A DNA stretch of 64,000 bases from Marsupella aquatica (GCA_973895155.1 OZ316894.1:24860709-24924708), one strand, 5' to 3'. Counted from the first letter of the stretch, positions 40,331 through 52,086 are shown. Numbers and translations: made by a program. Notes: a model not told the origin generated them from the sequence alone.

Positions 40331-42834
40331 ATGCGGTCCCTTTCAGACCCTTCCCTCGGTGCCGGGGTGAAAACTGTCGTGGCTGTGGCAATGCTATGGA
40401 TGTACGCTAATAATGCTGCTCAGGCATTCACATGTCCGCCGGGCTTCATTAGTTTCGGAACTTCGCTCAGTGACACGGGCACTGTGGCGTTTGCGTTCCC
40501 GGGAAATTTTACTTCTGAGAAGCTACCATACGGAGAGACCTTCTTTGGCTCCAGCGCATATCGCTTCTCCGATGGACGCCTCGTGGTCGACTTCTTTGGT
40601 TAGCTCATCGGACCCCTCCCTTAATTTGACCGATGCAAGCCCAAGACATGACCCTGTTCTGTATCGTTCTTGTCCTGCAGTCAAGCTTTCAGTGGTGCTT
40701 TTACAAAGGGAGGACGCAAAAGTTGAATTAATAGCGACAGAGACTAATTTCCGTCAGTTTATTACCAACGATGCCATCAGACTACGATGAGCAGAATAAA
40801 TCACAGTAGTTCGATGTCTACGAGCCAGACATAGTTCAACACACAGCATTTTCAGGAAATACAGCATGAGAAAAGTAACCAGAGATATGGAGTCAGCAGA
40901 ACCGAATAGCTAGGGCGGCAGTAGGACCTATCTCATCGCACTTCCTGACGAGCCGGACGTAGCTCAAACAGTGAAATGCTCTTTGCTTCCTTCCCAATTG
41001 CGTTCTTACCGTCAGCTTGACATTGTAGCTTTTGTTTTTTTTCTGTGCTATCTTTGTACGATCAAGTCGGCCTTGTTTTATGGTGCAGATCTGGCTTTTG
41101 GGTATCCGTTGCTCAGCTCATCTCTGCAGAGTGTTGCACCGGACTTTCGGCGTGGGGTGAACTTTGCAACGTCAGGAGCAACTGGGATAGCTGAGGCACC
41201 TGAGGTCCCTTTCAATTTGGATGTACAAGTGAAGCAGTTCTCGAGGTTTAAACGGAGCACACAGGTCGCAAAACGGGCTGCTGGTGAGAACTTCACTCCG
41301 TCCCTCGCCCTTCAAACCACTGTAGCTTTCTGAGAATTAAAGGGAGTCAGTACCAAAAACAAGAGGATCGAACTTGCCCTTGCCCTTCAGTCATCCTACG
41401 TACCCCTCTTCTAATCTGGGCTACAGTGGTATCTCGATCACCGTCAATAACAGTATTTCCAGATTATCGAATTGAGTGGAATGCTTCTCCACCAGCTTAG
41501 AAGTGGAATTTGTTCAAAGTCAAAAGTACCCCATCATCATCTTAACATCATTCATTTCACGAGTGTAGGGGTGCCTAGTCAAGCAAAGTCATTGCTTCCG
41601 AAAAATTCCGTCTTCACCGATGGTCTGTATATCCTTTCATTCGGAAGAAACGACTTCACTTTTGGGTATCGATTGCAAGGATTCAACATAACGACAGCTA
41701 TTTCAAGCCTTGTGCCTCGACTTGTGTTGTCCATTGTTGATGGCATCGAAGTGAGTAACAGCTGAATTCCTTTGTCTTCTTCACTCTTTGTCTTTTCAAG
41801 AAGTGAAATCGTGCCCTGCTTATTTGAAACAGTGTGGCCTTTTCTGGAAACTCTTAAGAGGAAGAAATCTTGGTGAAATTCCTTTTAGGGTGTTGGAGAT
41901 TCACTACTGTGTACATTTTGCAGTATTTCATTTCAAGCCAGAATTATATGAACTCAAGTAGATTGACTTTCTTAAACTCTCTACTCAATTTCTCGAGAGT
42001 GCTCATGCTTTGGCTTGAGAGATTTTTTATGCAAAGTAGATGGCAACGTGGTACAGGTTGCTCAAACGAATCATATCTGACAAATGTTGCGGTAAAAAAT
42101 TGCAGACTTTGTACGCCGAGGGAGCAAGAAACTTCCTTGTTTTCAATGTCTCCCCGCAAGGATGCTCTCCTCAATATCTGACCGACTTCGGATCTTCAAA
42201 CCCGGCTGACTATGATGGGAATGGGTGTTTAATTGCATATAATCAAGTGATCCAACTTTTCAACGCTACATTAAAAGCAGCAGTCGATGGATTGCGAAGC
42301 AATCTGAGCGGGTCAACTATTTTGTATTTTGATTATTACCAAGCGACGATTGCTGTGATTGAAGATCCAGAATCATATGGTAAGACTGATTTCCACCTCA
42401 TACCTTAATTCTTGGCTGGCAATTGACAATTGTTTGAGTAACTACTGGTGTCTAAATTCCTTTCTGATTGACATTCTGACTAATGTGAGGCTACTGTAGG
42501 CTTTGCAGCGGCGACGATACTAGATGCCTGTTGTGGAGTTGGCGGAAAATATAATTACAATCCAGATGTGCAATGCGCAGCAACTGGCAGCATCAACAAT
42601 GTCACAGTATCAGTGGGGTCTTGTAGCAATCCAAACGAGTACATTAATTGGGATGGTATTCACTTCACTGACGCTTTCAATGGAGTAATTGCAGAACTTC
42701 TTCTATCTGGACAGTTTTTAGATCCCCCCATCAATATGCAAACAAGTTGCAATCTTGATTTCAGCAAATTCACAGGGGTCAATTTCACTCAAGCTTACCC
42801 TAACGGCTACATTATAGACCCTCCCAGTTCTTGA
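40331..42834 (+). CDS. GDSL/SGNH esterase-lipase copy A; exons 40331-40598, 41089-41283, 41569-41750, 42106-42379, 42500-42834; 417 aa, probably secreted
   Basis: Canonical 5-exon plant GDSL layout, all GT-AG, 1254 nt in frame. Blocks FGTSLSDTG, RFSDGRLVVDF, GVNFATSGA, FGRND, ACCG and WDGIHFT; hydrophobic N-terminus. Confidence 0.93.
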
Positions 42835-45823
42835 TAGCCTGATTGCATTGCATTGGACGGCTGACAAGGTGGTCCTCACCACACGTCCAGCATTAGCAAT
42901 ATTCACACCGCAGAAGCTTTGGGCATGACCGTTTTGCTCGGTGTAGCTACTTAAGATTGGTGCCGTTGATAGCTCCGCAATCTTGGAGCAGAAAACATTC
43001 TAGAAGACTGTAAGTAGATGTGCAGAAGTCATTACCAGATGTTCTTCATAACTTTCAACAATGAGTTTGGAAATGATCTAACAATTAATTGAGTTATAGG
43101 TTATTATGCATGCTTCAAAAACTTCATAAAAGTCCATACAAACTTCGTACTGTGCCGGACAGAGCGAAGATGGAACGCCCCAGTGTACAATGTATAAAAT
43201 TTCTATTTGGTACCCTTTTGCAAGATTCAATCCACTATCGGTTCAATCTGGTGGCCAGTAAAAGTAGCTGACAGTCAAACTCTTAACATTGTTTTGCCTA
43301 TACCACCCCCTTCAGGAAATCAGTTGAACCTCGACTTTAGCACTCTAGGAAGGCATCAAAACTAAAACCCAAATTGATACCCACACTTCGGTTACGGTAT
43401 CAATTCGCCAGTTGACCTACGGTAGCTTGGTGTCATCGCTAAGAACAACACCAACCGTTACATTGTTCTGCAGTAAAACAATACATTCCCGCTCAACAAA
43501 TGAACAGCTCAACAATATACGGGACAATATAAAGTGGGCGGCTTAGAGAAGGGACCACGCCAGGTTTTTTTCTTCGGCCGAATTTTGGCCTGGCTACGAT
43601 TAGGAAGGGAAACTATGAGATTTATCTGTCCGAGCAAATTCGCCACCTTCCTCACTCCTTTGGGGACTCTAGTCACCGGATCCGACAATACTCCTTAAAT
43701 CTCCAAAGATCTAACAATGCGCTCTTCGAAGAGATACCCTAACGCGGCCTGAGCTATGGTAGCTTGTAGAGTAGAGCAAACATTACTGAGACACTAGCTA
43801 GCTAGAGACTGCAAGACATTGCATTACTTCAACAAATAAACTACAGTAGATACGGGCCCAGCTTTGTAGTAACCTGTCCATCAAATTATCTGATAAAACT
43901 AACTTGCCCCACAAACAAATTATTTATCAACCCACCCCCCATTTCGTACTCCAGTTAGTATTAACTTGTATATGGGTTCCCGTTGTAATGTGACGAGTCA
44001 CTACTGGCTAGCCTTAACCTGCCGTGACCCTTCCTTGCTCATCTACTGTTCATTTTTGGTGGCAATGAATAGCTAACATGTGCAGGTGTGATTTAAAAGT
44101 ATGAGGCCAAAATTGTTGTAAACAAAAATTGATGTTATAGTAAGTTACAGTTGCATGCACTTTTTGGCTATGCATCAAGAAATGCTACACAATTTGTGCC
44201 AATGGAGTTGCACAACCCATTTGCCATGCCCATGGCTTCCACCTAGAATGTAGCTAATTTTTCTCCTTTCTATGTGACACACCGGAATGAGCCAAACAAC
44301 ATAATGAACTAATTTTCTCCTTTCTAGATAACAAACCCAAACCACAAAATGACCAAATGTGTTGATGTGATAGCACATGATGCCAGAGATTTTAGAAAAT
44401 AACTTTCCATGTGATCTGTAAACAACAAAATGCAAACTTCAAAATGAACCAAACCTGAGACACAACCCAGTGAACTATTTTTCTCCTTTTTGTGTAACAC
44501 ACTGCCAAAGAACAAGATGCACTAAACCACAAAATGAGCCAAACACTTAATGGAGACACTACCCCAAAGGTGAGACACTTAATGGGGAGACAAACGAATT
44601 AAAAGCATCAAACTCCCGGACAGAATCCCAATACAAAGGGGAAAAACAGGTCCATGACTGCCAGTGTTGACCTTAAGAGTTTCAGTTCTCCTCAACTTAC
44701 ATTTCACTGCCATTTCTTCTCCGTCAAGACTTTCAGTTTTCCACATCCTACTATGGGGGCTCTGCTGTTCATCTTGAGATCGTCGAGATCAGTTTGTTAA
44801 ACAGTGATTTATAGAGAAATAGAACTAAAGGAGCAAGAATTTGTAACTTGCTTTGTCAATCGGCCATCTCCTACCCACAAGGAAAACCAAGACGGTGAGA
44901 AAGGTGAGTCAATTCGTAGTTTCAAAATCATCTATTCCTGCAATCCCACTGAGCTGGTGTTGCATGCTTGTTGTGATTTCAACCCAGGGTACAACTCAGG
45001 ATTGTGATTAATGAAATTATGCATCCTCAGTGCCAGAGAACCAGTTCATCCTCATTATTCATTTGGTAGAGTCTGAAAGGACCCAAATGATTGGATGAAG
45101 TTAATGTCGGGCTTACATCATACGTAGGTGCCATTGCAAAAACTTCTCTGGCTTCCATCTACGCACCGGCACAAAACTACCAGTTTACAATCTGAAGTTG
45201 AAGGGGTCTTCTAACCAAACGAGTTCAGATTAAATTAATCTCGTGTATGACCTACTGCACGACCTGGAACTTAATTCTCTCTACGAACCTTCGTTGGGTA
45301 CCAGTTTCTGGCATCAGGAAGGATGCTGTTGTAGTGCAGACCCCTATCAGGTGCGTAAATACCGCAAAGCACAGATCCATCGATGGACATTGCAGACGAT
45401 GAATGAGTCAAGCAATTGATTGTTGGGTCCAACCAACCCAACACTAGATAGGAAACTTGGGAGCAGCAGAGTGTGAGTATAAAAGTTACTGATTGCCCCG
45501 AAATATCCAATCCATTCTAGTGTGAACATTCTCGCGTTGTGGAAATTTGAATTCGAGCCATTATGATCGACAGTTTTGGCTTCACTATCAATACTCCGTT
45601 TCGTTATCTTCCCGGGTATGCATTTCCTTCGTCGTACTTACCTTATGAATGATTAAATTTTCTCCCATTTGAAACTTCAATATTACTAGGAAACCTCGAT
45701 ATGCTATACCACAGACGCTCTGTTTAGATGCATATTTCAGTACAACCGTCAACGGCAACGACATGAGGGAGAAGGGGTCAGGTACATCAGACTTGCAAAC
45801 AAGAAAGAGTAGTTCTAGGAAAT

Positions 45824-47015
45824 TTAGGAACTCCTTTGATTGTTGAAATCATACAAGAAGAGATTGATTCCATCCACCCTTGTTGTCCTGGACGGCTCTA
45901 GATTCTCAAAAGGCCAACAAAAGGAAACAACACGAGCACCAGCTGGTAGCTGTTGACACAGTTTAGGATACAGCTTACTATTCCCCTTGACAGTCAAATA
46001 CAAGGACACAACAGAAGCGGTGGAAAGATCAACCAGGAACGCATCTTTCTGCTCGATAGTGACCAAGTGAGTTAACCCTTCCGCTTCCACTGCTTTGGCT
46101 CCCTCCTCGTATAGTTTTGGTCCAGTTCTACTCCGTAACCATGCGCTCCGTGGTGCCTTGCAGCTGAAATAGAAAATATCTTATTCCTCAGTCATGTGAA
46201 ACACGTGAAGACAATTGAAAAAACAACCAGGAACACATCAGTTGCAATTGGGATGTTTAGGGTTCAATGGGATTTCGGTTAAGTGTATCAAAGGCAAAGC
46301 TGGTTCACAGACGGTGGGAAGTAAAGAAGCTGGTTCACAGACGGTGGGAAGATCTCAATTTTGGACAAGAAAACGAGGTAAAGAATTTCTCAAGCCTCAA
46401 ACGCAGATGGCAGACTAGGGTACAATGGAATCTTCTCTCCATCTTCATGTGAAAATTGCCATTCATTCCTCCATGCATATTTTCGAAGGACCGACGAACC
46501 AAAGAATGAAGTGCAGGAGCGAGCAACAGTATTCGTTCCTTGCTTTCGGATAAATCAAAGAGCAGAGGAATGAAGAGGGGGAGCTACTGAATACTTTCCA
46601 TTCATTCATTCCAAATACAAACGAGCGAAAGAATGGCGTGCAGGGCTACCACAACCCTACAACAGAGAAGCAGAAGAAATGCTGAAATGGCGTGACCACG
46701 GCTGACCGAACTCTCTACAGCTGGAATCATCAAATAACGAGGACAGCGGAATTCCGGGTGCAAAAAAAAACTAGTTCAACTACTCCACAGCTTGAAAGTA
46801 ACACGGTCTGTTAGATAGCTACTGAGCCGCAATGAGAAGGCGAGCATCGCCGCATCCAAGGTCCACGACGCGGTCGGTCGAATTGACGCCGGCAAGCTGC
46901 AGCATGCGGAGGGCAACGTGATGCGGAGTCCCGTGGTACGGTGCCAAACGGAAGCCCGCCCATACCTGAACCAGAGACCGAGTCTCATGGCCTGAGAGGA
47001 GGAGCTGCCAGCCAT
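45824..47015 (-). pseudogene. Methyltransferase copy B, pseudogene
   Basis: Compared with copy A: 1-bp deletion in exon 1 (cgcccatacc vs cgcccagtacc), splice donor GT changed to CT (actgagccgc vs actgacccgc), 1-bp deletion in exon 2 (ttttggtcc vs ttttgggtcc), and loss of similarity ~25 bp upstream of the ATG. Confidence 0.85.
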
Positions 47016-47056
47016 TTCGCCGTAGCCGCTCTCCACCACTTTTAGTATACCAGTAG

Positions 47057-47285
47057 CCAGTTTCTCACCTCGTCGTAGACTACAAAAGCACTCAAGGACT
47101 TAGTTATGTTCAATGTCTTGGAGACGTGTCTTTTCTTCTTTTTCTTTATTCTTCTTTTTCTTGGAGACGCCAGTTTCTCACCTAGTCGTAGACTCCAATT
47201 GCACTCAAGGACTTAGTTATGTTCAATGTCTTGGAGACGGGTCGTTTCTTCTTTTTCTTTTTTCTTCTTTTTCTTGGAGACGTGT
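47057..47285. repeat. ~113-bp tandem duplication specific to unit B
   Basis: ccagtttctcacct.gtcgtagact…gcactcaaggacttagttatgttcaatgtcttggagacg…ttcttggagacg occurs twice; unit A has a single related copy at ~29050. Confidence 0.8.
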
Positions 47286-47543
47286 CTTAATAATTGCAGA
47301 TCAGAATGTGACAATAGAAGATGTATAAGGTATACTATGTCACTCAATACCATGATAAACCCAAATATTTTGTTTAACTCGCCAAGTGTTATTCTAAACA
47401 TGTATCTGGCTGTCCATTTTTTATGTTCAACCTACCAGGACACTTTAAGGCCTGCTGGAAGTCCTTCTCTCTTATTTATACAGTAAAATCCCATTATCAT
47501 GTGACAAGTTACTATTGGATAGCCTGAGCCCAGAGTGGTCATT

Positions 47544-47690
47544 TTGCTAACTTGTCCTCCAAATAAAATTGATTATCAATTTGTCCCCCATTTTGTATTT
47601 GGGTTAATATTAACTTGTATATGGTTCCGTAACCAAGTGAAACTGATGAAGGGGTTGATAATTAATTTTATTTGGGGGACAAGTTAGTAA
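47544..47690. mobile_element. Small foldback/MITE-like element with 36-bp inverted repeats
   Basis: TTGCTAACTTGTCCTCCAAATAAAATTGATTATCAA (47544-47579) vs the reverse complement of 47655-47690, 3 mismatches. Related one-armed copies at ~22253 and ~43900. Confidence 0.65.
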
Positions 47691-48039
47691 GATGCTCAAT
47701 GGAATATAGTGCCCCAAAGAAAAAGGAGAGCTTTTGCTCGAGTTTGGAGAGGCTATCATTGCCCATAATGCTCTCGGAATAGGAGCTTAGTACATTTTAA
47801 ATCTTTTTATATTGGGTGACTTTAGTAAGTTAAAGTAGAGGAGAATCTCCCTAAAGATATCCAGATCTTGAACTGGGCATTCCCATATAGCCAGCTCATC
47901 CTGGAACAAAAAATGTTAATTTGTCCTATGCAGGAGATTAAAAAGTTGGGGCAGAGTGAAAGGGAAAAAATAAATTCTTATGCCACGGGCAAGGGGATGG
48001 GTATCCAAGGGGAGGAGTATCCAATGCAGTGGGGGCAAC

Positions 48040-48710
48040 GGGAAGGGCTCGCTGGCGCAGGGCGCAGGGCAATTCAGTCTACGAGAAGGGGCTGGCGTGC
48101 CAGCGCGAAGGGCAAAAGGCAGGGCGCAGGGATGGGCTGGCGCAGGGATGGGCTGGCCCAGGGCGAAGGGCTGGCGAAGGGCGAAGGGCTGGGGAACACA
48201 GGGCAAGGCTCACATTGTGCAACGATCAACTCTCGATGTCTGATGGCGGCTGCGGCGGGTGTTGAGGCTGGACTCGAGCTGCTGTGGCATGGACTCGAGC
48301 TTTCTTGGCTGGTGGCTGCTGGACTCGAGCTGCTGTGGCTGGTTGGAGATGGACTTGAGCTGGGCTTGGGAGCTTGCTGGACTCGATCGATGACTTCATG
48401 CTGCTGCAGCCACTCTTGATGTTGCTCGTCTGATTCGCGATCGTTGCTGCTGATATCAATGTCACTGATCGATTGCTGCTGTCATTGAGCTACTGATGCT
48501 GCTGCTGCTGCTATTGATCGCTGTTGATGCTCTCATCGCTGCTGACATTGAGCTAATGATGCTGCTGATTGATTGCTGATGCTGCTGATCGATTGAGGCT
48601 GGACTCGATGTCTGATGTCTGCTCGCTCACTGCTGCTCGCTCTCTCTCTCTCTCACTGCTGCTCACTCTCTCTCACTCACTGCTGCTCGGTGTCTCTCGC
48701 TCACTGGAGT
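48040..48710. repeat. GC-rich minisatellites and microsatellites inside the HUH element
   Basis: (g)cagggc/gaagggctggc units at 48040-48190; ~21-bp ggactcgagctgctgtggc units at 48270-48380; tgc/gat and ctct tracts at 48440-48710. Confidence 0.8.
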
Positions 48711-49689
48711 CGTTTACTGCTGGAGTCATTTATCGCAGAGTAGTGTAGTGGTTCGCGCCATGCTAGAGCAATGAGCGAGCAAGCAGCAATGTTCTTCTCC
48801 TTCGATTCTCCCAAGCAGCAATAGCTGCGAGCTGAGAGCAGCTCTACAGTCTACGAACACAGTCCACAGTGGACAGTCCCCTCTCGCGATGCTGCCTTGC
48901 CTAACTAGCAAAAAGAAGTTTAGCTCAAGCTTGGACCTAGCAAGAGAAATGCCCCTTGCGGCTCTCTCGTCCATCGGCTTCGTGCAGCTCTAGGGAGCGC
49001 TTCATATGTGTTTACGGAGAGACAGACGCACGGTTCACAGGCAGAGGCATTTGAAAACGAAGAGAGACACGGGAAGGAGGTTAAGACAAGTTGAGCGAGC
49101 TTGTTCGGCTCACGTGAGCGAAGCTAGTGTAGAGCGAAGTCGCGTTATTGATGTTCCGCTTTTCATGACGAAGCCTGGTGATAGTGGAAGGAGGAGATGG
49201 CGACGGCCTAGTAGTCCCCTATGCTCCTCTTCTCTCTCGTCTAGCAAGAGGGATTTAGATTTGTTTTCATTTACTCTAGAGTCCTCCATCATCCGTTGTG
49301 AGTCTCTGTAAGGTGAAGGACCTTTCCATTTGGGGCCGAGGTTCCATAGTTGGTTAGTAGTTTGGCAGGAGTTGATAACTGAGCTGCGTTCATTTTTAAC
49401 CCCCTTGCAGCTCTCGTTTTGCTTGGTGGCTGAGACTGAGCAATCGCTGTCTAATGGTTCTTTGTGACGAGTCTTTCCATGTATCTTGGAGGCTTCCAAG
49501 TATTTTGGAGTTTGAAAAATGTATTTTGGAGTTTGAAAAATGAACGTTGTGTAATCTGTTTTCCAGACCAAATGTTTTGGGCCGGTGACCTTAGCATTTA
49601 GTTTGGGGGGAGACTACACTTGTTTCACTGCTACTTAAGCAGAGCCCTTGCCTTAGTTTATTCACTTCTTCAGTGAGTTTGCTCTTGCC

Positions 49690-50410
49690 TCTCAGTGCTC
49701 CGCTCTGTCACTGCTTCCCATTGTTCTCAACTCCTTCAGTGCATTTTTGTTCAGTGCTCCAAGGAGGTTTGGTTCAGTGTTGGTTTTCATTCAGTGCTCC
49801 AGTGGGGTTTCGTGCAGTGCTGTGCTCTAGTGGGGTTTTGTTCAGTGCTGTGCTCCGGTGAGGTTTCGTTCAGTGCTGTGCTCCGGAAGGGTGTCGTTCA
49901 GTGCTGTGCTCCAGAAGGGTGTCATTCAGTGTTGTGTTCTCAGTGCATTTGTTCAGTGTTGTGCTCTGGAAGGGTGTCGTTTAGTGCTGTGTTCTTGGTG
50001 CACTCGTTCAGTGCTGTGCTCCAGAAGGGTTTCATTCAGTGCTGTTCTCGGTGAGCTCGTTCAGTGTTGTGCTCCCGGTGCGCTTGTCAGTGTTGTGCTC
50101 CCGTTCAGTGTTGTGTTCTTGGTGCGATCGTTCAATGTTGTGCTCTAGGTGGGCTTGTTCAGTTCTGTGCTCTAGGGGCTCGTTCAGTGCTGTACTCTTG
50201 TGGGCTATCCTAGTGCTTGGCCCTCAACTCTTAGTGAGTGTTTGCTTATCATTCTAACAAGTGCTATGCTAACAAGTGTTTTGTTTTGCTGTGATCTTGT
50301 GCTAACCTGTGTTGTGCTAACCAGTGCTTGTGCTAACCAGTGCTCTGTTTTGTTGTGATCTTGTGCTTACCAGTGTGTTGCTAACCAGTGTTTTGTTCAT
50401 TGTGACCAAG
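49690..50410. repeat. Satellite arrays inside the HUH element, upstream of its ORFs
   Basis: About 15-18 copies of a ~25-30-bp unit with core TTCAGTG(C/T)TGTG(C/T)TC at 49690-50200, then TGCTAACCAGTG units at 50250-50410. Confidence 0.85.
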
Positions 50411-50432
50411 TTTGGCATAGTTTACAGCTCTA

Positions 50433-50792
50433 ATGTCCTCTGTCGAGTCACAGCTCCTAGAGGACGACTCTAATATTTCGCCCTACACAACATTGGATGT
50501 TGGTAATTTTATTTTAGAGAACATTGAGGCAACAACCTCTCATTGTGTTAGGGACGTCCAATTCTGCTGGGTAGTTTGTCGCCAAGGAGAAGAGAAACTT
50601 CTGGCAGGTCCATTTAAGATACTAGAACGTACAGAGCAGACAGGGAAGGACGAAGTTATTGTTGAGTCCAAGGGGAAAGTGTATTTTATTGTGAAAGCTG
50701 ACGATATTTATCCTGTGTTTTTGTTTGAGTATCGTGACTGTATTTGTGCATCTTCTCGTGAACTGTGTGCCCATCTTACATGGCTTCTTTGA
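50433..50792 (+). CDS. 119-aa ORF in the HUH element with a C-terminal CxC-x6-CxH (SWIM-like zinc finger) motif
   Basis: ATG-initiated, globular-looking composition, ends in DCICASSRELCAHLTWLL; overlaps the HUH ORF start by 13 nt. Confidence 0.55.
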   Translation: MSSVESQLLEDDSNISPYTTLDVGNFILENIEATTSHCVRDVQFCWVVCRQGEEKLLAGPFKILERTEQTGKDEVIVESKGKVYFIVKADDIYPVFLFEYRDCICASSRELCAHLTWLL

Positions 50793-51652
50793 AGCGTAAA
50801 GCTCGTGTTGTGCAAGAGAAGGATGTCTCTTTGATGGACAGTGTCATGGAACTGAGCATTACAGTAGGGTACCTTGGTGCAGATGTTCATGTTGAAGAAC
50901 TGAACCTTATGAATGGATTGATAAGAGACCATTGCATATCTGGTCTTGTAGCATTAGAGAGAGGAGAACTAGAAAGTCATTTGCATATGCAAATGGTTGT
51001 GAGGGCCAAAACAAAGTCTGCTAGATCATTTGGTGTGCTTGTACGAAAATATATGGGCTGGCAGGGGATGAAGAATATGAATCTTGTAGGAAAAGTGATG
51101 TGTAAAAATCTTACCAATAGACAGTTACACACTTTTAAAGGAATGATTGGTTACTGTTTGAAAGATATGGGCATGGCTCATTTTCAGCATGCAATGTTTA
51201 ATATCTCTGATGAAGATGTGATTGCAGGGAAACAGCTTCATTCAATCTATGGACGTGCAGATTTAAAATCTAGAGTGACATTGACTAACAAGAATGTTGC
51301 AGAGAGAATGTATGTCTGGTACAAATATAAAATTGAGAGACCTTTGCATGCTACTTTGGTTTCTACATTGACTGAAATGATAAAATCTGGTATTTTTATA
51401 CCTGCTTCTAGTTGGATAATACCATTGAATGGACAGGGCATGGAAAAATCACGAATGACATGTCTCTGGAAATGTATTGTTGATCCTTGTAATGTAACTA
51501 AATGTGAGATTGAAGAAGTTTTTGTCAGGAAACCTAGGACTGGCAGTTGGGGAAGATATCATAGTGATTCTGAACTTGGAGAGGATCCAGAATTGACCCC
51601 TAGGAGTACAGAGACAGAGCTCTCTCCCCAAAGGAGCTCTTTGAAAAGTTGA
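50780..51652 (+). CDS. Rep-class HUH endonuclease/transposase with a single catalytic Tyr (Replitron type), 290 aa
   Basis: Motif I-like ELSITVG, motif II ERGELESHLHMQ (HUH at 50978-50992), motif III GMIGYCLKD (Y at 51152), then a helical C-terminal region (…SGIFIPASSWII…LWKCIVDP). No Walker A motif or helicase. Confidence 0.88.
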   Translation: MASLKRKARVVQEKDVSLMDSVMELSITVGYLGADVHVEELNLMNGLIRDHCISGLVALERGELESHLHMQMVVRAKTKSARSFGVLVRKYMGWQGMKNMNLVGKVMCKNLTNRQLHTFKGMIGYCLKDMGMAHFQHAMFNISDEDVIAGKQLHSIYGRADLKSRVTLTNKNVAERMYVWYKYKIERPLHATLVSTLTEMIKSGIFIPASSWIIPLNGQGMEKSRMTCLWKCIVDPCNVTKCEIEEVFVRKPRTGSWGRYHSDSELGEDPELTPRSTETELSPQRSSLKS

Positions 51653-52086
51653 AAGTGAAGACAGAATGTGATAGAAGGGTTCGTTTTGATGACATTTTCA
51701 CAAAGTCTATCATTCCTGACAGGGGAGTTACATATGGTGATCCCCTTGGTGAGTATGTGCCTTTGAAAGATAGACAAAGGATTCCAAAGCATGATTATCT
51801 TGAAACTATTAATTTGTTGGAGGAGAAGAATGTTGCAGGAATGAGAAAGGGGAAAGAGAAGATGGAAGATGTGGAGATGGAAGATGTGACAGAGGTATCC
51901 TCTGATGATGAGGAAGTAATTCCTGCCCCTGTTTTTGAGGACAGGGGCCAGTCCAGTGAGAGGAAAAAAGGAAAAATTACCTTATTAAGAAAATCACTTT
52001 TCAGAGTGAAGACTGAGCCCAGATCTCCTAGGACACATTGCAAGGGAGATGGGTTTGCTATGGAGCCCTTTCAAAATAATTGGTAA
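51649..52086 (+). CDS. Acidic/basic low-complexity ORF overlapping the HUH stop codon (possible frameshifted C-terminal extension or third ORF)
   Basis: 145 open codons beginning at the TTGA overlap, containing KGKEKMED…SSDDEE; no ATG at its start; possible GTAAGC donor at its end. Confidence 0.35.
   Translation: MKVKTECDRRVRFDDIFTKSIIPDRGVTYGDPLGEYVPLKDRQRIPKHDYLETINLLEEKNVAGMRKGKEKMEDVEMEDVTEVSSDDEEVIPAPVFEDRGQSSERKKGKITLLRKSLFRVKTEPRSPRTHCKGDGFAMEPFQNNW

Larger units (their letters stand above)
22218..43849. repeat. Tandem segmental duplication, unit A (methyltransferase + GDSL hydrolase, plus insertions)
   Basis: The start ggcccagcttt…aacttgccccacaaaca (22218) matches 43855. The end aacaaataaactacagtag (~43849) matches ~57289. 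Genes, introns and intergenic DNA are collinear with unit B. Confidence 0.92.

Noticed and set aside
47868-48465. 183-aa and other ORFs at the left end of the HUH element
   Set aside because: Derived from GC-rich minisatellites; ORF 47868 even starts in host flank DNA at a non-ATG codon.
49690-50200. Regularly spaced TTCAGTGCTGTGCTC repeats resembling a CRISPR array; Cys/Val-rich ORFs 49673-50257
   Set aside because: The intervening sequences are short and related to each other (a minisatellite), the context is eukaryotic and there are no cas genes. The ORFs are translation artefacts of the repeat.
50780-51652. Interpretation as a Helitron RepHel or an endogenous CRESS/geminivirus Rep
   Set aside because: Only one catalytic Tyr motif, no SF1/SF3 helicase, no capsid ORF, and no TC…CTRR Helitron ends.
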